Below are positions 40,796 through 55,158 of a stretch of DNA of 64,000 nt, piece by piece. Origin of the DNA: the human T2T-CHM13v2.0 reference genome, Homo sapiens. The stretch's first letter is position 1. Every line of letters begins with the position of its first letter. The DNA is taken from assembly GCF_009914755.1 (NCBI RefSeq), contig NC_060938.1, one strand, 5' to 3'. Below the pieces are notes generated by a model. It saw only the letters and a program-made list of their open reading frames with translations. It did not search any database and was not told where the DNA came from. A program made the position numbers and the translations under genes.

Positions 40796-43709
40796 TGATT
40801 TACTAAAATATTTCTTCAACCTCTCCTCTGATCCTGGACCTCATACCCCCACACTGCCACAGTTTGATATGTGGTCCTTACCATTGCACCAGGTAAGCTG
40901 GGGGCAGGAACTATGATGCAGTGGTGTCCCAGAAAACAGGAGAGATGAATGGCCTGCTCTTTTGGGGGTATTGAGAGTTTAGTGTAGGGACTATTTACAG
41001 AGATGGGGAGAGGTGATTAAGGGATCTGACAAGGTAGGTTAAAGCATCCCAGGTGGGTTTTGGGCAGGGGTGAGGGTGGAGAGGGGCCATTACCGCTGCT
41101 GCTATTTTTGGAGGGACAGAGGGAGAGTGCTTGCAAGAACCTGGAGATAGCACCATTAGCAGAGCCCCAGGACAGGAGCTATGGCTTGCAGAAGCCAGGA
41201 ACCAAGGGAAGAAACAATCCAACCACCCTCTCCATCCATCCTCCATCAGCCTGCTGCGTCCTCTCCCAAGGGCCAACCTTAAACAGAAGCGAGAGGGGAA
41301 GGGAGCCCCCTTCACACAGCCTACCGAGCTCCGAGCAGGGTGAAGACGGAAAAGCATGGATCTGGAGGGGCAAATGGAAAGAGCAGCACCACCGAGCCTG
41401 CTCCACTGGGCTCTGTCCTGACTCCAACAGAATCCTACCTGCACTTTCCACTTCCTCCACCAGAAACAGAGGGAGTCTGACCAATCCATGAGGAAGCGGC
41501 AAGCGGGCATCCATTAAAACTGAACAAATGCACACCTGTGGGTGACCGGCCCCCAGAAAAAGAAGGTGGGAAGGAGAAACAGCATCTAAAATCTCTTGAG
41601 AAACAAAGTCTTTGGGATTTTTCCTACCAAAAAAGGAGAGCAAAGGATCCACTTCCCATCAAGGAGCGCTACCACGAAATCAGCCACCTCTGAATCCATC
41701 TATCCATTCAACAGATATTTACTGAGCACCTGCCATAGGACCACCACTGTGCTGGGACTAGGGACATAGGAGGTGAACCAAATAAAGACAGGCCCTGCCT
41801 TTAGGAGGCTTACAGTCCAAAGAGACAGATAGTAAATGCAAAATACAAAATCAAAATGCAATTACGAATTGTCGTAAATGTTAGGGAGGAAAACGACAGA
41901 ATGAAATGTGAAAGAATATAGGTAACGGGGTCTACCTTAGATCAGGGAGTCAGGGAAGGCCTGTATGATGAAGTTACATTTAAGGAGAGTGTCAGACAAA
42001 CAGCCAACTGTCTGCTTTAATGAGTTCATGGAGTACATCTCCATAGCCTGCTCTGATGACATATTACTCTTTCTCCCAAGTCAGAAAAGTCTTCCAAATG
42101 TCTACTCTAAAGCAATTAGTGTGTGCTGTCTCATGTCCTGTCCTCAGTCAAAAGAGAACAGCTGGTCACAACCCCTCAAACTTATAATAATCATATATAC
42201 ATAGAGTTGAAGTTCATATTTTAGTATCCCCCTTAGCCTTCGCAGCACTAAATAAATCCTATTTATTAGTGTTATTTCCCAGAATGGTACAGCATTTTAG
42301 AGCTAGAAAAGACCTTATAGATCATCTAATTCAATCATCTCATTTTGTAGATGCGTCACCCGAGACCCTGAAAAGTTAAGTAACCACCAACAGCCACACA
42401 GCAGGATGAGAATGCAGCTGAATGATATTTCCAAGTTGCCACTGAAATCACGACAATGGCCCCCTCTCATTGTATTCTTATTAGTGGTTGACAGGCTTAG
42501 GCTGAGCCCTGAATGAGCTTTGGTACATCCGTGTACATGCAGAGGGCTTGGCAAGCAGCAAACATTCAAAACTTAGCAGCTGTTACTGCTACGTATCAAT
42601 CCCCACTACACCCAAGAGCACAGTTATTAACCCGTTTTACAGATGAGGGCAGTGCAGCTTATAGAGGTTGAGAACTTGCTTGATATCACACAGCTGGTAA
42701 GGGGCAAAGCCCGGCCTTAAACTCAATCTGCCTTCAGACCCAGTCACCTAATTAGGCTGCATGGACTCCACCCTGTCTCTCTGTGGTCCTTCCTTGAAAA
42801 GTCTTTTTCCAAACCTTTATGCATTTTCATTACATTCTGAGACTCACTCCATAGTTTTCATATTTCAGGATAAAAGGCAGATCTTTAACTGAGGATGAGG
42901 GCAGGTTTGTGCCATGGTTTTGGGTTCTGCTCTATACGATCATCCCCGTGCAATGTTCACCATTCTGCGACAGTATCTACCCACTATAGAATGTTCCATC
43001 AATAGTGAACTTGCCCCTCTCTTCCTTCTCCTGCTCTTCCTTCCTCCTCTGATAAATATGCCTCCATCCTGCTTTCCCATAATTGAATCTACTCTCTTGG
43101 TCCTCTTTAACCAAACTTTACCAGATAGGCACAGTAGAAGAATCAAGAGGGAAAACAGAACCAAATGGGAAAAGTGAAATGGAAAAAGCAAGAAGGGATC
43201 TCCAATAGCATCAAGAGTCCAATCCCTTAAACAGGAAAGTGAAGCACAGAAAGATATAGAGATTCCCCCAGGGTCACAGAGACATGTAGTGGCATCTTGC
43301 TTCCCTAATTACCACAATAGTTGATTTGCTCCCATAGGTTCTGCCTTCAGACAGCCCTGGAGTCAATCCCTAGCCTTGCCACGTATTAGTAAAGGGACCA
43401 TGGGCTAGCTACGTAACCTAAGCCTCCATTTCCATATGTGGTAAATGGGTGTGGTCATAGTATCTATTTCAGTGTTGGCGAATCAAACATGGCAATGTGC
43501 TACATAAAGAAACGCTAAAAGAATCCACACACAAAAAAACTAGTGTGATAAATAGGGTAGAAGATGAGGCTTATCAACTTTTGTTTTATTCTATTCAAAA
43601 CTTAGATTCAAAATTAGATCATATACGTAAAGAATCTACAACATGGTAAGTATCCTAAAAATGCTAGATGTTATTCCCTAAGTTTGAATAGTTTTGATTT
43701 CAATGGTAC

Positions 43710-44032
43710 AGCTGCACTGTCCAACAGAAATGTAATACCGGCCACTTATGTAATTTTTAACTTACTAGTAGTCACATGTAGAAAAAGGAAGAAAGTCAGG
43801 TGTCATTAATTTTAATAAGATATTGTATCCGATCTGGTATTTCTAAAACATTACCATTCAACATGAAATCAACATAAAAATATGGACGCAAAATTTTACA
43901 TTCTTTTATCTGCATTGTCTTCAAAGTCTGGTGGGTATTTTCCATTTAGAGCGTATCTCAATTCAGACTAGCCACATTTCAAGAGCTCCATAGCCACAGG
44001 TGGCTACCAGCTACCATAATGGACAGTGCAGA
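43710..44032 (+). mobile_element. MER33-type DNA transposon relic
   Basis: ctgtccaacagaaatgtaat...ctagccacatttcaagagctccatagccacaggtggctac...ggacagtgcag. Confidence 0.7.
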
Positions 44033-46299
44033 TTTGCAGCATTAAAAATAACATTAACTATGACTTTGCTTCCAAAAAATGGAAAGAATTTTACTGTGGT
44101 TCTTAATGTTGTCCACGTAATAGCTGCCGAGTGCCATTCCAAGAGCAGAGTTCTAGCGGATCACTGCAAACCCTGGTTGCAAAGCATGATGGGTAAGGCC
44201 TGCAAGGTCAGAGTGAAAGGGTAGCCATCCCTCCCTACAAACAAACACAGGGTGCACTCTGCCTCCTGACCACAGGAGGTCCCAGAATGAAGGAGGAAGA
44301 AAGGTAACAGGTCCAAGCCCTTGCACAATGTATGTCCTAAACACACTTCTATTGAGCCCTTAGGGATTTCATTTATCCAATTTTATTTGAATATGGCCCA
44401 TCTGGATATAGGATTTAATAATTCTTTGAAAGTGTACTCATTTTGAACCTCACACAAACTTGGGGCCCACATAACCCGACAGGAGCCATTGAACCTTTAA
44501 CATTAAAAGAAAATGGTCCAAAACACACACATAATTCATCTTTAAATTAGCCTGATTTTATACACATGGATATAAACCCATGGATCGTTACTCTCTCCAG
44601 AGCGGCAGCAGCTGTCACCCAAGCCAGCCGCCTCCCTGGGCCCCCGTAAGCAGCTCTGCCTCTACTTCTAATTGGGAACAGAGATACTCCTTGGGTGACT
44701 TCCAGCACGATCCATCACACCAGAGACAGCTTCTGTGCAAACCGAAGCAAATCGGTTTCTAAATAAGAAAAAACCTCCGAGACAAACAAGGATTGAAGCA
44801 TAGAAAGTCTTTTAAAAACAACCAAAAAAAGCACAAATAAAAGCAAAAAAACAAACAAACAAACAAAAAAAACCACACACACACACAGAAATTTCCAGCA
44901 AAGAGCAATGGCTTCTTCTCTTTAGGGCTACAGACAGGGCAGCCATCCTCTTGGGTGCAGATCAAAGCCACAAGCTTTTGACACAGGTGCCCCAAGCCTG
45001 CCACCCAATGCACTGAAAGCAAAGCTTCCACTGGGTTGTTGGAGCCACCGAGCTCATTAACAGGATGCAGGCGAGATGAGTCTGAAAGTGCAACATGGGA
45101 GCACAGTGAGTAATTAAATCCCAGGTCATTTAAAAATGCAAACGCCACGAATGTCATGAGCTCCCCAAGCCTCTGACTCCTTCTCCTTCGTTATTTGGCT
45201 CAGGATGAAGGACTGGAAACCTGCAAGTCGTATATGGATTATAATAAAATATGCCATATAGAAAACAGATTAAGACAGTTCTTCTTTGGGGAAATATACA
45301 AGGAGAGGAGCTGTCTGTTAGCTGTCGAGTTTGCAAGAGATACCATCTTTCGGGAGGCAGTGTGTTCTGCCAACAGACAGACTGCCCCAAGGGAAATTGT
45401 GGTGAAACACCCCGACAAGGCGCATCCATCCGTCCATCCATCATGGGCTCCCTCTGATGCAGGGGCCTGGAGATAGAGTTATGGTGCAAAAGGGAGGGAG
45501 AAATCCCACAGACAATGGCAAAGAATCCTCCTGCTAGATCATGAGTGCTCAATTTTTTTTTTTTTTAGCTGCCTCTAGTTTTTCTTCAAAAATACAAACA
45601 TGCAGTTTTCTCGTCTGGGTGCTTATTATATTGAGGAGTTAAGCTCATCATATTTCCTTGGATTTATACATCAAATTACACGAAGGAGAAAAGAGCTTAA
45701 GAATCATTATTTCATTTATCCCCATCAGACTGTCAGACTCGTGAGGAGGGAGAAGGGAGGGAGGTATTGTTATCTCTCACCTCACAGGGGAAGAGACTGG
45801 GGAGGGGGATCAGAGACCTGATTTCCTAAGATGGTGGCAGGCCCAGGGATCCATCTGCTCATTCCCTAGGGGTGCCACTTTCTTGGCTGCCTTTGACTCC
45901 CTGTTTTGTGACTCATAAAGCTCGAAATAGATGAGGTTCACATTGAGGACCCATCACCCAGGCTGCACCCTGCAGGCCCTATTACCACTTGCTTTAGAAT
46001 CTCAGGATATCCATATAACAGGAGGACTCATCCCTCCCCCATATGGCCTCTGCTGCACCTACCCTCTCACCCCTAAGTAGACACGCCAGGATGGGTTACG
46101 GCATCCAGATATCAGGACCACAGATAAGCATTCCCCCACCCCGAGATACAGAAAAACACCCACACTGCCCAAGGAAGCTCACCACTGAGCTGCCAGCAGA
46201 CCAGGTAAATGCAGCTACCAGGAGGGTGAGACGGGGAGGGTGGTGGGAGTGGACAGAGTGCGGGCAGCATTTCCAAAGGCAAGGTCGGGGAATCAGGAG

Positions 46300-46580
46300 A
46301 GGCTGGTCAGATGGTACAGAGTGTCAGTCAGACAGGATGAATATGTTCTGGAGATCTGTTGTACAGCATGGTGACTCCAGTTATTAGTAATGAAAATTGC
46401 TAAGAGAGTCAATCTTAAATGTTCTCATGCACACACAAAAAATGACAAGAATGTGGAGTGATAGATACATTAACTAGCTTCATTTAGTCATTTCACAATG
46501 TATATATATATTTAAACATCACACTGTATGCCATAAATATATATAACTTTTATTTGTCAATTATGCCTTAATAAAGCTCG
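46300..46580 (+). mobile_element. L1M-type 3'UTR fragment
   Basis: gacaggatgaatatgttctggagatct...tgaaaattgctaagagagt...ttatttgtcaattatgccttaataaagct. Confidence 0.75.
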
Positions 46581-46612
46581 GAGGGAATAAAAAAGTAAAT
46601 AATAAAAATGCA

Positions 46613-47056
<444 letters not shown>

Positions 47057-47429
47057 TTATGGGGCCAAAGGAGATAATACATATGAAGTGTCTGGCACAG
47101 GTGAGATGCTCAATAAGTATGAGCTCCCTTCTTTCCACCTCCTACAGTTTCCCTCTCCTTGTGCTTTTCAGCAAAAAAACCCTCACCTTTCTGACACTCT
47201 AAGACCACCAGATGTGGTGAGTGAGGCACAGCTAACCCCACCATGGGCATGAGCCCAGGGAGGATGGAAACAAACGGAATCTGAGGCAGGTAACAGGATG
47301 GAAGAGGCCAAGAATGAGACGCAGCTGGAAAGCAGACGCTGGTGCTGCTCCAAGTCCAGGGTGGCCATTGCTCCTGGAGCTTCGGGGGAAAAATCATGGC
47401 AGAGCCACAGTGGAAGATACCCTGCTTTA

Positions 47430-48050
47430 TCCCTTCATTTGGCAAGTAATTATCAAGCACCTACTATGTATCGACTCTGTTCTAGGTGCTGGGGCAATGA
47501 CTCTGAAGAAAAGAGACAAAAATCCCGGCCCTCATAGAATTTATATTCTAGCAAGAGAGAAACAATACATGAAGCAAACAAGTGAAACCTTCAGTGTGAC
47601 AGATGGTAATCAGTGCTTTGGAGGAAAAACAGAGCCAAGGAGGAGAAGTTGGAGTGTCAGGGTGATGGGAGGGGGGTTACACTTTTAAATGTGGCCAGGA
47701 AAGTGCAAGCCTGAAGGAAGAGAGGGAGGGGGCTACGCTGACATCCAGGCAAAGACGTTCCAGGCAAAGGGGCCTTCAGCACAAAAGCTCTGAAGCCGGC
47801 CCATCTGCCTGGAGCACGGTGAGCCAGGGGGATGGTAGGAGACCAGCTTGGGGAGCTACAGGGGCATTGAAGGCCATGTAGGCACCTGCAAGAATGTTGG
47901 CGTCCACCCCAAATGCAATGGCAAGCCGCTGGAGGTGTTGAGCAAAGCATGATATAATGATGCCTACATGTTAACAGAATCACTCTGAGAATAAGTGAAG
48001 GGGGTCGGAGCAGATGTGGGGTGACCAGTGAGGAGTTACTGCAAAATGTA
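47430..48050 (-). mobile_element. L2 fragment
   Basis: ttcatttggcaagtaattatcaagcacctactatgt...gacgttccaggcaaagggg L2 text. Confidence 0.6.
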
Positions 48051-48574
48051 TGTCGTCTCTTAATGAGTTTGGTGCTTGGGGAGGGAGCTATGCACGATAT
48101 GGACAGAGCTCTGTCCTCATGGTACTAATATTGTGGTTCTCAGATGTGTCCTGGGGGCAGTAAGCACTGGGGAGCAGTGCCCTGAGCAGGGGGCTTCCCC
48201 ACCAGTGAACCAGGATGGAGGCCAAGTGGAGAGGCTGGTGTCAATGCAAAGTGGGCAAAGGTGTGAAGCCACACCAGGGTGAGTCCACGGAGGAATGGCT
48301 CTTCAAGAAGAAAGTGGACCAGCCCAGGCCAAGGGCAGGGAAAAAGATCTAGCCACATGGGCCTGGCCTGGCATACCATGGTTTAACAGGTGTAGTAAAA
48401 GCAGAGAGGAGGCCTTCCCAGTTCATCTCTGTGCCCTGGGCCATGGGTGCCTCGGGGCTGAGTTCTGGGACATAGGAGTGAGGTCCTGCAAGCTGTGGTT
48501 CTGGTAAAGGTGGGTCCCACGGCCAAGTTCTAGGTCATCTATAGACTGGGGCCTTTTAAAAGGCTATAAGACAG

Positions 48575-48720
48575 AGCTGGGCATGGTGGCGCATGCCTGA
48601 ATTCCCAGCTACTCAGGAGGCTGAGGCAGGAGGAGGATCACGTGAACACAGGAGTTCAAATATAGCCTAAGGAACACAGCAAGGCCCGTCTCTAAAAATA
48701 AATAAATAAATAAAATAAAA
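48575..48720 (+). mobile_element. Alu monomer (FLAM-like)
   Basis: Single arm with (AAAT)n tail. Confidence 0.8.
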
Positions 48721-51700
48721 TGAATAGACTCTAAGGCAGAATGAGTTGCCATTCTGGGCCAGATGGCACACACTTTTCCAGCGGGGCAGCGAGCTGTCTG
48801 CAGCAAATTCATTTTCGGTGTTGGGGACGGGAACTGTGTTGCAGAGACCCACCCAGCAGTGCAGTGTGGAGGTAGAATCACAGTGCCTCCTCACACTTGC
48901 CAAGTCCTCCACCCTCCATCCCACACGCCTCTCAGAATAACCCCGCAAAATCACCATGACCCACATCTCACAGATGAAGGACTGAGGCAGGAGTGGTTAG
49001 GAAATTGTCCAAAATCACACAGCCAGTGGCTGGAGGGATCTAGACTTGAACCTAGGCCTGTGATCCCTGTTTGGTGCCTGTCCTCCTGCAGAGCAAGGAT
49101 ATTTGGACAGGGAAGGCCCCTACAACCCAAAACCAAACAGCCAAGATGGCAACACTTGGGCCCCCCAGGCCAGGCTGGGAACCACAAGGGAAGCCAAGCT
49201 CAGCCACCCCAGGCCTCTCCTCTCTGGCGGAGCCTCCCTCATCTGTGAAGCAGAGATGATGAGAGCTAAGTCATGTTCTCCAAGGTTAAGATCAAACACC
49301 AGACATGTCTCTTTCCCTCATCCCTTTAGAAATCTTTACTGCCCATGTACTATGTGCCAAGCCTCATGCTGGGTGCTAGGGATACAGATGAAGAAACAGA
49401 TGGGCCCTCGCCGTCAAGTTGTCCACCTCCCAGTGGGCAGAGGTACAGGTGAGCAGGCAATGGCATAACTGGGTGATCCCTCAGACTCACAACTCATGCT
49501 CTACACGTGGCTCTGCCAGGTCCCACTGCAAAACATGACCGTGGACACTCAGCAGCAGCCGTGCCACTGTCCTGCCCACTGCCTGCTGCCAGCCCACCTC
49601 CTCGGCCAGCCCAAGCTCCCAGAGCCCTGCAGAACACCAGCAGAGCTGGGGAACACGAGCAGAGCTGAAGTCACACAGACTTCGTCCCCCAGTCCCTGCT
49701 CCTTTCCTGAGACGGACAGGAAGGCAAAAGGAGCAGGTCCCTTCCAGCACGTAATAGCCACAGCCTGAGTGGGGGCTGCACGCCCTGCCCACCTCGCTCC
49801 AGCTCCCCTTCTCATGAGGCCAACCAGAGCTGACGAAGCTGCCGGTGCAGGCCTCCAGATGGATGGCTGCAGGCTCTGACACTGCAGGAAAGAGATAAAT
49901 GACTGGTCATTTCCCCCTGATGCACTTGAAGGCATCCATTCTCCCAGCCGTACCAAGCTCAGGCAACCCCCACCGCCCAGAGACAGATAAGCACTGACAG
50001 ATGGGGGTGGGAGCCGGAGCGTCCTTCCCCCTCGGAAGGACACAGCCAGACTCCTCTGCAGGCCGGGAGAAGGTCGCGTTGTCCATTGGCTCACACCTGG
50101 CTCGAGGCTCCGCGGGTCCCTTCCTCCATCTCCCCGTTCTTGCCCACCCCCGCCTGGCTCATCCATCTGAAGAGCACACGGCAGAGGGGGAAGGCTGGGG
50201 GCAGAAGGAGCCGCTGACAGGCTCATCAATCTCAGGTTACATGCTTGGCACCTCGGCGTTCCTTAAGTTGTTCCCGGATTGGGAGGGTGTCGCAGGAGCC
50301 AGGGGCACTGTCTTGAGGAGAAGAGAAATCGCACCGAACATCAGAGAGCAAATGGTGGAGAAGCCTGGAGACTATTAAAATGTGGGCCATGTACAAAAGC
50401 AGTAGGGAACTAATTAAGATGCAGGATTTTCAAAAGCTGGGGAAGTTGGCCGCAGCCTGCTCCCATCTGTAGAGTTCTGGCAGTTCAGCGCAGCAGGGAC
50501 AGCACCCTGGGTGGGTGAAGTAGGCCTCACCACCCCTGCTCGAGCTGGCCAGACTCAAGTCCCTCCGCCTGGACCACCCCTTTGGGAGATACCCCTCTGC
50601 AGGTCCCTACGACTTGCTTGTTGGCCAGCCTGTGGCCCTCTCTGCTTTGGGACACCTTAAGCCACTGTCGTCTTCGGGGTGCATGCCCTCTTGTCTGAGT
50701 TTCCCCCAACGACATGGGATGGGGGCGATCATCCTGGTCGTTCATCCCCAGTCATTGAAGGACTGCCAAAAACAGAAAAAATACAAGAGAAAGAACACTA
50801 TCCCTGGCTGCCCTCCCTCCCATCACCCTCGGAATTCGGCAAGGGTGGCAAAGAGCCACCCTGCTCCCCAAGAGTCCTGGAGCAGAAGGGATCGACAAGG
50901 CCTCAGGTGCATTCCAGGTACAGGAGGAGCGTCAACTGTAAAGCCCTTTTCATCTGCGGGTCCAGGATAAGTGAGTGTGTCGGGCCTTCAAGCAACATGG
51001 CAGCAGCTCCAGCAGGCTCCCCATAGGGAGCATCACCAGGATCCTGGCATCACCAGGATCCCCTGGGAAATTAGCTTCCTAATTCTGTGCCGCAGTTTCC
51101 CAACCTCTAAAATGAAGATAATATCTGTCCTAGACCATGGGGACCGAAGGTCTGGGGTTGAAAGATGCTAAATTGATCTAAGCAGACTATCTGGGCATTT
51201 ACTTCAAGGGGACACAAGTAAAAGTTTGTTCCCAGCCTTTGTCTTTTCTTCATTCAAAAAAAAAAAAAAAGGAAAAGAAAAAGAAAGAAAGTGAAGTTAA
51301 AGGCCTCTTTTTTAATCAGCTGGCTTTTGCCCAACATCTGCTGTGCTCCCAGGCCTTCTGGTGGATATTTACTCTCCACCTTTCTCTTCTGCCAGCTCCA
51401 CTCCCCCTTCACAAGGACAGAGCCCTTTTCCTGGGGAGATGGTCCGGGGGAGGCCCCTTGCTGGCACCAGGCCCCTGCCCAAGTCTTTGTGTTGTAGAAT
51501 TGTGATGTCTACATCATGAAACACCTTGCATTCGCCTCTGTGGCCAAGTGCAAGCTGCAGAGAACACTGAACTCAATTGTCAGTCACTGGGGAGAAATAA
51601 TGTTGTGTGTGTTGTCCTTCAGATGCCCAGGCAAGTAGGAGGTTGCAAGATGTTTATTCAAGACTGACTAGAGGGGTGACATTTGGCAGGAGAAACACAT

Positions 51701-51940
51701 AGGTCCAGGGACACTGAGAACACTTGCAAATTCCAAAGAGTTCTTCCCAGATCTCAGGCCCTTCCTATCCCCATGCAGACAGATTTTTATTTTCAGCAAA
51801 TAATAAAGAAACAGAAGAGGGATGGTGCATTTACCACACTGAAGGGGTGAGGACAGCAGGACTGGGAGTCACTCCAGGAGGGAATAATTTCACCCAGGAA
51901 CAAATGACTCGATGTCAGCCAAGACCCAGCTCCCCACTTT

Positions 51941-52139
51941 TTTTGAGCCAGGGCCTCCCTCTGTCACCCAGGCTGGAGGGCAGTGGTGCAATCATGGCTC
52001 ACTGCAGCCACAACCTCGCGGACTTCATTGATCCTCCTACCTCAGCCTCCCTAGTAGTGTCACCCTACAGGTGCCCACCACCACACCTGGCTAATTTTTG
52101 TATTTTTTGTAGAGACAGGTTCTTGCCATGTCACCCAGG
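51941..52139 (-). mobile_element. 5'-truncated Alu (J-like) with 16-bp TSD
   Basis: cccagctccccacttt at 51925-51940 and 52140-52155. Confidence 0.88.
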
Positions 52140-55100
52140 CCCAGCTCCCCACTTTCCAGCCTGAAAGGTCCACTCATCCCACATGAGCAAAGTGCTTCGG
52201 GGGACTGAATCAGAAAAGGATGGTTCTGTGGCACTGTCCTCAGATCTTCTCCAACAGCCCTCAAGATTCTTGAACGTGCACCCCCCACTCTTTGCCCTGA
52301 CCTGGTTTCCTGACACAGCTCCGCAGACCTGAGGTCAGAGAAAACTCTGACCCTCGTTACCCCTGGACTTCGTTGCTGAAACCTGCCCATCACTGCTGGA
52401 CTCAGGCAGGGACAGAAAGGAATACAGGAGGGACAAGCTGAATGTTGGCATAAATTTTTTGTGACATCTCCTCACTGTCCATAGGAGAGTCTGACGTGGA
52501 AAGAAACTCATGCCTTGAGACAATTCTGCTCCAGGCCAGTGGCCCCTCAGTCTCTTGAAGAGCAGGCAGACTATTCTCCCTCTTCCCGGAGGAGATGAGG
52601 ACATGTCAGGGTGTGCTGACGGCAGAACCCAGGTGGGCTTCAACAGTACTAGGCAAAACTAGATTCCTGAGCATCCTCTGTCAAGGGGAGGTCACACCAG
52701 GAGGCTGGGAGGGAAGATGAGGAAAAGACAGGCATCCTCAGGGGGTGGGTGTGGAGGGGCACCATGGGTGGGTGGGTTGGTTGGTTGGGTTCTTTCCAAC
52801 ATAACTCAGCCTTCCAGTTTCCATAAATTTAAAGAGATGCAACCCAGGATGGACAAATTATCGTTCTTCAGCAAGTTTTGCCCAGAGGATTATATACAAT
52901 GTTGTACAATTTGCTTTTTGTTGTGCAATTTGTTTTTTTTCGCCACTTAGCAATATATCTTTAACATCTCTCCATATTTTTTTTACTCATTCTTTTAAAG
53001 GACAAAATAATATTCCATTCATAGAATATACAAGTACTATATATTTAACTAGTCCTCATCAATGGATCTTCTGGAAGTTTCCATTCTTTGTTGTTATTAC
53101 AAACCATGCCACAATAAAAAATATATACCCAATATATATTATATGCATATATTCATTTATAGAATAAGTTCCTAGCAATAGAATGTCTAGGTCAAAGAGC
53201 ATGTGTGTTTTAAATACTGGTAGGTACTATTCATTGTACCTCAAAAAGGTCATACCAATTCCGTTGCAATGTGTAAAAAAGAGCCTCTCCCTCCATCTCC
53301 ATCTCTGTTTCCCTCACCTGCTCCCCTCTCCTTGGGAAGGTCAGCCTCAGTCCACCCAGCTAATGATCCTCACCTCCTAGGAATTTGCAGCAAATTCTCC
53401 AGAGACTCTGGCCAATGACTCTATCCTGAGTCACGCGCGAAGTATCAGCCAAAAAACTGAGCTCTCCTTGAGCCCAAATCAAATGGAATAAAAATAAGAG
53501 ATAGTTATTTTAAAATACTGTCCGAGTTAGCCCTGTTAACCCTCCTGAGGGAGGACATACCCCCAAAAAAGGGAGGAGTCCTCTCAAGTGGAAACTGCAT
53601 TTTATGAATGATGAGGGCAGAGCCTCTGGAAGTTGGGCAGGTTGTGCCCTCAAAGGGACCCCCACCAGGTGCACAGAAGAGGGGCTGAGATCTAGCTCGT
53701 GCTCTACTAACCCACCAGAAAGGGCATCATACGTTTTGTAAACGTCCACCCCCCAGGGGGCACCACCCTCCACTTTTGCACAAACAAAACCATATGTGCT
53801 AGTCAAGGCCCTGGATGAAGTCACTCTTCTGAAATTTTGGCCTGTGCAAAAAATTCAAATGCAAACTTGCATCACCTCTGGGAAGACAGTGGGTACATTT
53901 CTTTGGCTGCGCTGTTTCTCATTCTCTAGATGGGCCCTGGCTGCTTGGAGGTACCAGGCTGAGGCTCGTTACCACTGACTCCAGGGCACTCCGACGGCCT
54001 CTTCATTCACCACCCGCAGCTGCAGGCTGGCATGGTGGTACATTCTGGGAGCCAGGTGCAGCCCCGGCTGTTCAGACTCAGAAGAGGATTGGGAAATGAC
54101 AAGCATCTGCCCTAGGGTTTGTGGGGGTTGTTTCTGTGTTTTTAGCAGGCCTAGTAGTAGGTCTGTTTACCCAAAGAGGGGAACAAGTTCCTCTGAGAAG
54201 GTGCTCTGCCATGTGACAGTCACGCATTCCAGCCCCGGCTGTTCATTGCTTCTCAGCATCTGGGGGCTGGTGTGGAGGAATAAGCCTGCCTTGGGGGAAC
54301 CCAACTTTTCCCCCGAGGGCGGATAATTGCAAAGGCCAGCACCTGTCTCTGCAGATGGGGTCCTTCCCCGGGACCCTGCCCATCCCTGGGGTGGACTTTC
54401 ACCACTGGAAACCTGGTCTAGCCACTTCTGCCTCATGCTTGGGCAGAGGCTGAAGAAGCCTCTCAAATGATCACAGATACAAGACGCCATGTGCAGGTGG
54501 GGACTTGGCTATGGCAAACCGCTAGCCCTAGGTTCTTCCTTTCCCTTCCCCTCGCATGTTACGGCAGGCCCGACAACGGGGCATGGCCAAAGCAGGCTGT
54601 GAACTCAGCTGCTCCACGTTCACCCACAGGCCAGGCATAAACACTGGCAGGCCCGTGTGCCCAAAGTAAATGTTTTTAGGCAGAAGGCACAAACACTCAA
54701 GAAATAGCTGCCTGCCTCAGTCCCACCAACATGGGCTCCTCAGATACATGAGCAGCACAACAAATTCTTCTTGGCTCTGTCCACAGTCTGATTTCTCTCA
54801 CCTCTAAAATGGGCTCACAACCCTCTTACCTCTTCCTTCCCTCTCTACCTTCCAGGGCTATGGTAGGGACCAAGGAGCTGACATGAAAGAAAATGCTGCA
54901 TGAACTACAGCATGCTCTTCGGACTCTGGTTATGATGATGATGATTAACCAGAGTGTCCCATCCCCTGGGTGGCAGCAATTGGTTGTGGGGGGGTAATAA
55001 CCCCAGCCAGCTAATCTGTCCTTCCTAGGTCTTCTCTGCCACAGCTGTTGAGGGTGACTGCCTTTCTGCTGGGTGTGGTATGTGCTGAGACTGGAGCTGC

Positions 55101-55158
55101 TGGCAGCCCCCTCACTTACCCTATGAGGAGAAGAGAGTGTTAAAGGTACAGAGAGACT

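Noticed and set aside
55114-55140. Minus-strand ctctcttctcctcatag-G-gtaagt resembling a recursive splice site
   Set aside because: AG and GT are separated by one base (not AG|GT), and it lies in an MLT1 LTR relic.
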